Below are positions 26,972 through 32,000 of a DNA stretch of 32,000 bases, in pieces. A model generated the notes under the pieces. That model was given only the letters and a program-made list of their open reading frames with translations, had not been told where the DNA came from and did no database searches. This stretch comes from Bellilinea caldifistulae (GTDB lineage: Bacteria; Chloroflexota; Anaerolineae; Anaerolineales; Anaerolineaceae): positions 120,001 through 152,000 of the forward strand of contig NZ_LGHJ01000019.1 of the NCBI RefSeq assembly GCF_001306055.1, read 5' to 3'. The first letter of the stretch is position 1; the number at the start of each line of letters is the position of its first letter. A program made the translations under genes and the position numbers.

Positions 26972-27970
26972 GTTCCTTCGCCGCCTGACTTGAAGCAGAA
27001 TCAGCAAAAGGAAAATAACTGCTGGCAGCCAAGGGCGTTCCAGCAACCATAATTTGGCTGCCAGCAGTTGTCTCACCTGCTGTACAATGACGTATTTCTT
27101 CCGCTCAACCTGAATGGATTGCTGCCAGTCAAATTTCTCCAGGCGCTCCAGAAAACCCTGGTGAACACAACCCTCAAGACTGAATACCGCAACCTCCGGC
27201 TTTAACAGTCCGGCGATTAACAAATCCCGGCTGAATTCCTGCCAGTCCAGCGGACGGGTATCCGCCACTCCTTCTAAATCAACCCCGCCGCCCGTGCTGC
27301 CAATAGCAACATATTGTGCATCTTTGCCGTAACTCAACAACATGGCATCTCCCCACGGCCGGCTAAAACTGGAATACAACATCAAGATCTCACGATCAAC
27401 CGCCAGATCAAGAATCCCCAGCCAACGTTGTAAAACCGACGAGCGGGTTCGGCGCTCTTCCAAAACAGGCGGTAATTGGTAGGCTTCTACCTCATAACCA
27501 TCTGCATGAATTTGCTCAATCAGCTGTTCATACATCTTCCGGGCGGTGGAGAATAGTTTTTTGCGGCGCTTGAGAGTGAGAAATAAAACCTTGAAAAACG
27601 GGAACACACCTTCCTTAAGCGCAGTAATCAATCGAAAATCCGGTTCAATGTCCAGCCCAATTCTCTGCCACTTCAATCCCTTTTTTTCACTCCATGCCTT
27701 AAAGTCAGCATAGCGCTGAACCGCCAATGGAGCGTTATCCAGATTGAACCAGTAACCTTGCTCTTCAGGCAATAATAGCCAGGCGGTGACAGGTATGCCA
27801 GCCTCATTCATCCGACAGACAACCTGCGCCCTCTCATCCGAAAAATCCCGAATGGCCAGCGCAACCCCCGCCCCCAACTTTTGCAGAGCGTCTAAAACCT
27901 CATTGGTTTGAAACAATTCCCTTAATTGGGGAGTATCCAATTCACAAAAAAAGATTAAGCGCGGCGGCAT
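26963..27970 (-). CDS. Hypothetical 335-aa protein with a C-terminal TM anchor, co-transcribed with the ROK kinase
   Basis: Start chosen at ATG 27970 (GGAGAAAGG RBS, 17 nt after the ROK stop). The track start at 27991 is a TTG. Composition suggests alternating beta/alpha segments. C-terminal helix WLPAVIFLLLILLQV is followed by RRRR. No family recognised. Confidence 0.6.
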   Translation of the reverse strand: MPPRLIFFCELDTPQLRELFQTNEVLDALQKLGAGVALAIRDFSDERAQVVCRMNEAGIPVTAWLLLPEEQGYWFNLDNAPLAVQRYADFKAWSEKKGLKWQRIGLDIEPDFRLITALKEGVFPFFKVLFLTLKRRKKLFSTARKMYEQLIEQIHADGYEVEAYQLPPVLEERRTRSSVLQRWLGILDLAVDREILMLYSSFSRPWGDAMLLSYGKDAQYVAIGSTGGGVDLEGVADTRPLDWQEFSRDLLIAGLLKPEVAVFSLEGCVHQGFLERLEKFDWQQSIQVERKKYVIVQQVRQLLAAKLWLLERPWLPAVIFLLLILLQVRRRRNLD

Positions 27971-27987
27971 GCCTTTTCTCCAAACAA

Positions 27988-28887
27988 TCAACCTTCTACC
28001 CGCAATTTGGCGAGGGCTATTGCGCCCATGACTCCAGCCCGGTTCCCCAATGCAGGGGGGACGATGTACTCGTCAATCCGTTCCAGAATCTGCGAAGCAA
28101 AGATATACCGATTGAGAAATTGCTGGACTTTAACGCGAATCATGGGAAACAGATGGGTTTGCTGCATCACCCCTCCTCCCAGAATGATGCGTTGTGGTGA
28201 AACGACACAAATAAAGTCATTCAACGCCAGCGCAATATACTCGGCTTCCAGCTCCCAGATCGGATGATAGGCGGGAACGCTCTCGGCCGGTTTACCCAGC
28301 CGGGCTTGTAAAGCCGGCCCACTGGCAAGCCCTTCAAAACAATCCCCGTGAAAAGGGCAGATTCCAACAAATGGGTCTGCTTTTTGATCATGGATTAAGC
28401 GAATATGCCCCATTTCAGGGTGAACCAATCCGTGATGCGGCATTCCATTGATGATTAACCCGCCTCCAATGCCGGTGCCGATGGTGATATACATATAATC
28501 CTTCAATCCTTTGGCCGCCCCCCATGTCCCTTCACCCAAAGCAGCGGCGTTGACATCCGTATCCAGAAAGACCGGTACTCCGGTTCCATCCTGCAACGTT
28601 TGAACAAGCGGGGTAAAAGCCCAACCAGATTTGGGGGTTGTAGTTATTTTTCCGAAATTTGGAGAGGACGGGTTAAGATCCAATGGGCCAAACGAGCCAA
28701 CTCCAATCGCCGTCAACCGGGCATTATTTTTAACCATGTACTGGCGGAAAAACTCAACCGTCTTCGCCAGAGTTTCCCTGGGTTCAGTCGTCGGAAAGCG
28801 CACCTCAGCGCGGATATCCTCTGGCGATGTTCCGATTGCACAAACAAACTTGGTTCCACCGGCTTCAACACCACCGTAGAGTTCCAT
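27988..28887 (-). CDS. ROK-family sugar kinase (fructokinase/glucokinase type, no HTH domain)
   Basis: Start at ATG 28887 (GGAGG, 6-nt spacing). N-terminal ATP motif GGVEAGGTKF, ROK signature, and Zn motif GICPFHGDCFEG. Confidence 0.85.
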   Translation of the reverse strand: MELYGGVEAGGTKFVCAIGTSPEDIRAEVRFPTTEPRETLAKTVEFFRQYMVKNNARLTAIGVGSFGPLDLNPSSPNFGKITTTPKSGWAFTPLVQTLQDGTGVPVFLDTDVNAAALGEGTWGAAKGLKDYMYITIGTGIGGGLIINGMPHHGLVHPEMGHIRLIHDQKADPFVGICPFHGDCFEGLASGPALQARLGKPAESVPAYHPIWELEAEYIALALNDFICVVSPQRIILGGGVMQQTHLFPMIRVKVQQFLNRYIFASQILERIDEYIVPPALGNRAGVMGAIALAKLRVEG

Positions 28888-28985
28888 GACTGACCTCCTT
28901 TTTTTGTGATTTTTATAATCTCTGGACATGTTAATAATATCACAAACCTCCCCTCAATTTTTATCTCGAAAATCGGCGAACAGGG

Positions 28986-28991
28986 TATAAT
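28986..28991 (+). promoter_or_regulatory. Candidate -10 element (TATAAT) upstream of the alpha-oxoamine synthase gene
   Basis: Consensus TATAAT 122 nt upstream of ATG 29113. I found no convincing -35. Confidence 0.3.
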
Positions 28992-29112
28992 CCAGACAGG
29001 ATTTTCCAGACAACTTTTGGTTTCGGATTTAGCCAGAAAATCCGGTTGATTTGGACGAATATATTTTTCATAAGATTTGCAATCATTCAACAAAGAGAAG
29101 AGGTTTGTTATC

Positions 29113-30291
29113 ATGGATATATTTGAAAAATGCCGACAATTTACCGCAGCCAAAGAGGCAATTGCTCAGGGTTTTTATCCATACTTTATCCCTCTTGATG
29201 AAAACGAAGGAACAGAGGTTGTCTACAACGGTCATCGCCTGATTATGTGTGGTTCAAACAATTATCTTGGCCTGACAACCGACCCACGGGTTAAAGAAGC
29301 GGCCTGTGCTGCTTTGGAGCGCTACGGCACCAGCTGCACTGGATCGCGGTTCCTAAACGGTACCCTGGCACTCCACGAACAGCTGGAACATGAACTTGCC
29401 GAGTGGGTTGGAAAAGAATCTGCGCTGGTATTCTCCACCGGCATGCAGGCCAATCTTGGAGCGGTTAGTGCTCTGGTCGGACGGGGAGATTACGTCATTC
29501 TTGATAAAGATGACCATGCCAGCATCGTGGATGGCGCTCGGCTTGGTTATGGCAAAATTGAACGCTTCCGTCACAATGACATGGAACACCTCGAACGTGT
29601 GCTTCAATCACTGCCAGAGGCTGCCGGAAAATTGATTGTTGTGGATGGGCTTTTCAGTATGGAAGGTGATCTTGCACCTCTTCCTGATCTAATTCCGGTT
29701 GCCAAAAAGTATGGAGCACGTTTGATGGTAGATGATGCTCATGCAATGGGTGTCCTCGGTGGCGGACGCGGTACGGCAGCTCATTTCGGGGTCACCGAAG
29801 ATGTGGATCTGATTATGTCCACCTTCAGTAAGTCCTTTGCCTCCCTGGGCGGTTTTGTGGCTGGAGATGAAGATGTCATCCATTACATCAAGCATCATGC
29901 CCGCTCGTTGATTTTCAGCGCCAGTATTCCCGCATCCAATGCGGTCGCCGCTCTCACAGCCCTAAAAATCATGCGCGAGGAACCCGAAAGAATTGCACGG
30001 GTTAATGAAATTGGAGCAAGAATGCGCAAAGCCTACACCGATCTGGGCTTTAACATTGGTCATTCGGTTACCCCCATTGTCCCCATCATAATTGGGGATG
30101 ATGAAAAAACCTTCCTCACCTGGAAATTACTCTTTGAAAATGGGGTTTTCGTCAACCCCGTCATCAGTCCCGCGGTTGCCCCCGGTCATCAGTTGTTGCG
30201 CACCAGTTACATGGCAACTCACACCGATGAGCAACTCGACCGGGTCATTGGGATATTCGAAAAAGTGGGTAAGATGGTCGGCTTGATTTAA
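29113..30291 (+). CDS. PLP-dependent alpha-oxoamine synthase family acyltransferase (serine palmitoyltransferase-like; substrate unknown)
   Basis: Start at ATG 29113 (AGAAGAGG RBS). Family motifs: [23 protein letters not shown], and PLP-lysine STFSKS. 392 aa. Confidence 0.85.
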   Translation: MDIFEKCRQFTAAKEAIAQGFYPYFIPLDENEGTEVVYNGHRLIMCGSNNYLGLTTDPRVKEAACAALERYGTSCTGSRFLNGTLALHEQLEHELAEWVGKESALVFSTGMQANLGAVSALVGRGDYVILDKDDHASIVDGARLGYGKIERFRHNDMEHLERVLQSLPEAAGKLIVVDGLFSMEGDLAPLPDLIPVAKKYGARLMVDDAHAMGVLGGGRGTAAHFGVTEDVDLIMSTFSKSFASLGGFVAGDEDVIHYIKHHARSLIFSASIPASNAVAALTALKIMREEPERIARVNEIGARMRKAYTDLGFNIGHSVTPIVPIIIGDDEKTFLTWKLLFENGVFVNPVISPAVAPGHQLLRTSYMATHTDEQLDRVIGIFEKVGKMVGLI

Positions 30292-30315
30292 TTTTTTTGG
30301 AAAATCCAACCATCT

Positions 30316-30352
30316 CAGGCGCAGTGCAAAACCATTTGCCTGCGCCTGTTTT
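30316..30352 (+). terminator. Rho-independent terminator after the alpha-oxoamine synthase gene, between convergent genes
   Basis: 9-bp perfect stem CAGGCGCAG (30316..30324) / CTGCGCCTG (30340..30348). It extends by 5 more bp (GCAAA/TTTGC) after a 1-nt bulge, has a 4-nt loop, and is followed by TTTT. Confidence 0.75.
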
Positions 30353-31184
30353 ACTTAAGCATAAATAAAATGCCGATGGTGTTCGGGCCACAATGGCTCG
30401 AAATGGTTGCGCCCGCTATCGTAACCAGAACTTCTTGCACGGCTCCAGTCTTTCGAATTTCTTCCACCAGATACGCAGCATCCTCATCACATCCTGTATG
30501 CGTGACGAAAACACGGGTTGGATCCACATGGGGTAAATGGGATTTGAAATCCTCCAGCATGGAGTTCAATCCCTTCATCCGCCCCCCACGTATTTTCTCC
30601 TTGACACCCAGTGTCCCATCGCTGCGAACTTCGATAATCGGCCGTATTTTCAAAACCGAACCAACAATTGCCTGTAAGGCCGTACACCGACCACCTTTGT
30701 AAAGATACTCCATTGTATCAATGATAAATGAAGTGCGTACTTTGGGTACCCAGCGCTGGATTTCTTCACTTATTTCTGCTGCACCCCAGCCAGCATCGCG
30801 TAAATCGGCTGCCTTCAACACCAGCAGACCAATTCCCGTGGAGAGATTCAGCGAATCAACAATATAAACTTTCTTGTTGCCATCCAATAACTCCAAAGCA
30901 AGAATACTGTTAGGGACTGTGGCAGAAAGTTTAGATGAAATACCAATATAAATTGTTTCACCGGGAGTCCTGAAAAACTCGGCAAATTCGGCAATCGAAG
31001 GCGCAGCCGTTTTGGGAAGGTTGCCACTTTCTTCTACAAACTTAAATAACTGTTGAGGGGTTACCTCCCCATCTTTCAAATTCTGATTATTAATAAATAC
31101 TTGTAGCGGAAGGACGCGGATATTCCGACTTTGAATAATCTCACGGGATAAATCTGAGCATGAATCCGTCGTCAAGTCAATCAT
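30351..31184 (-). CDS. DegV-family fatty-acid-binding protein
   Basis: 277 aa with the N-terminal TDSCSDL motif and overall DegV pattern (...TAAPS..EF...). AAGGTGA RBS. Confidence 0.9.
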   Translation of the reverse strand: MIDLTTDSCSDLSREIIQSRNIRVLPLQVFINNQNLKDGEVTPQQLFKFVEESGNLPKTAAPSIAEFAEFFRTPGETIYIGISSKLSATVPNSILALELLDGNKKVYIVDSLNLSTGIGLLVLKAADLRDAGWGAAEISEEIQRWVPKVRTSFIIDTMEYLYKGGRCTALQAIVGSVLKIRPIIEVRSDGTLGVKEKIRGGRMKGLNSMLEDFKSHLPHVDPTRVFVTHTGCDEDAAYLVEEIRKTGAVQEVLVTIAGATISSHCGPNTIGILFMLK

Positions 31185-31211
31185 TTTTTCACCTTGTATC
31201 GAATGGATGAT

Positions 31212-31242
31212 TTTACAAAAAAAAGACCTTACCTATTATAAT
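31212..31242 (+). promoter_or_regulatory. Candidate promoter of the HAD-like gene
   Basis: -10 TATAAT (31237..31242). The -35 is TTTACA (31212..31217) with a long 19-nt spacer, or TACAAA with a 17-nt spacer. Confidence 0.4.
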
Positions 31243-31262
31243 GAGCCTTCAGAGGTTTGGCT

Positions 31263-32000
31263 ATGGCAAACATTTTTTTACTGGATATTGACGGAGTGCT
31301 GGTTAAACCCGGCGGCTATCGCACCGCTCTTCATCGAACCATTGCGTTTTTTCTCGAACAACTCGGCTTGCCGGATCATTTCAATCTAACCGAAGAGGAA
31401 ATCGGCATTTTTGAAGCAAACGGCATTACCAGCGAATGGGATATGATCCCTCTGACATATGCCACGATTTTCGAAACTGCACTTTCCACCCAAAACATTC
31501 ACCTGCCTTCTTTACAACATGCTATTGAGTGGTTCCGCGATTGCAGCCCGCTGCATGACCGCCCCGCTTATACCGCACATATCCCACAATGGTTGAAATG
31601 GGGTACAGCGGGGTTACCTCTTGCCGACTCGATTTATAACCGTTTTCGGGAAAATCTTTCCCATCATCCTTATCCCAATCTTGCTGCTCAACCCTTTGCG
31701 GGTGAAATACTTTCAAACACGCGTGATTTTTCCAAAAATCCCTTCAGCCGCTTGTTTCAAAATCACGTACTGGGCGAAACCACCTTTAAGCAAATTTATC
31801 CGGGATTACCAGCCGTTGCCGTTGAGTCTACTCTGGAAAAATACGATCAACCCAATCTGCCAGCAGAACTTCAAATTGAATTAAGAAATCATCTCCAAAA
31901 CCGTCGAATTCAGGCCGCGGCAATGACTTTGCGTCCCAACCGATTACAGGGGGTTTCAGTCAATGGGAATCATTACCGCGCCGGCTTCTCTCCCGAAGCC
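31263..32000 (+). CDS. HAD-superfamily hydrolase-like protein, 3'-truncated by the window edge and absent from the supplied ORF track
   Basis: I translated by hand from ATG 31263 (AGAGG RBS, 7-nt spacing). All 246 codons are open to the window end. The protein starts MANIFLLDIDGVLVKPGG, which is HAD motif I (DxDG). Confidence 0.7.
   Translation, partial: MANIFLLDIDGVLVKPGGYRTALHRTIAFFLEQLGLPDHFNLTEEEIGIFEANGITSEWDMIPLTYATIFETALSTQNIHLPSLQHAIEWFRDCSPLHDRPAYTAHIPQWLKWGTAGLPLADSIYNRFRENLSHHPYPNLAAQPFAGEILSNTRDFSKNPFSRLFQNHVLGETTFKQIYPGLPAVAVESTLEKYDQPNLPAELQIELRNHLQNRRIQAAAMTLRPNRLQGVSVNGNHYRAGFSPEA

Noticed and set aside
28904-28945. TTGTGAT-N28-ATCACAA inverted repeat upstream of the ROK kinase gene (CRP-like half-sites)
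   Set aside because: The 28-nt spacing is incompatible with a CRP/FNR-type TGTGA-N6-TCACA site. It may be chance in AT-rich promoter DNA.
31207-31389. 60-aa track ORF upstream of or overlapping the HAD-like gene
   Set aside because: It starts inside the promoter and overlaps a much longer open frame that has an RBS and a HAD motif.

Overview
Gene-dense chromosomal core segment, roughly 90% coding and about 50% GC. I found no rRNA or tRNA genes, CRISPR arrays, transposases, integrases or large repeats. Gene content and fusions (SufR-controlled SUF system, type-2 IDI, Tal-Pgi and FolB-FolK fusions, CsoR-CopZ-CopA) suggest a Chloroflexota/Anaerolineae-like bacterium, but that is a low-confidence inference.

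Gene order:
- hypE (5'-truncated)
- membrane-anchored beta-lactamase-like hydrolase and a Zn-ribbon membrane protein, on the minus strand
- SAM-methyltransferase and PIG-L deacetylase, transcribed divergently from the previous pair
- a long minus-strand SUF cluster: sufC-sufB-sufD, then orf97-sufS-sufU-Rieske ferredoxin
- divergent sufR-sufT (DUF59)
- SCP2 protein, type-2 IDI and GGPP synthase
- folE, convergent with a tlpA-lgt-SDR-folBK operon
- csoR-copZ-copA with a recognisable CsoR operator
- tkt-rpiB-tal/pgi
- ROK sugar kinase and an unknown tail-anchored protein
- an orphan alpha-oxoamine synthase that looks serine-palmitoyltransferase-like
- degV
- a 3'-open HAD-like ORF that is missing from the supplied ORF track

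I do not see a clear-cut novel multi-gene system. There are no defence-island or mobile-element hallmarks. The best candidates for something undescribed are:
- the orphan SPT-like enzyme with its repeat-rich leader and lipid-related neighbours
- the unknown protein co-transcribed with the ROK kinase
- the Zn-ribbon/TM protein paired with a PBP-like hydrolase, which has overlapping divergent promoters and a probable leaderless start
- the small unknown ORF plus a perfect hairpin that split the suf operon

All product calls rest on motifs read by eye from the translations. No database search was possible.
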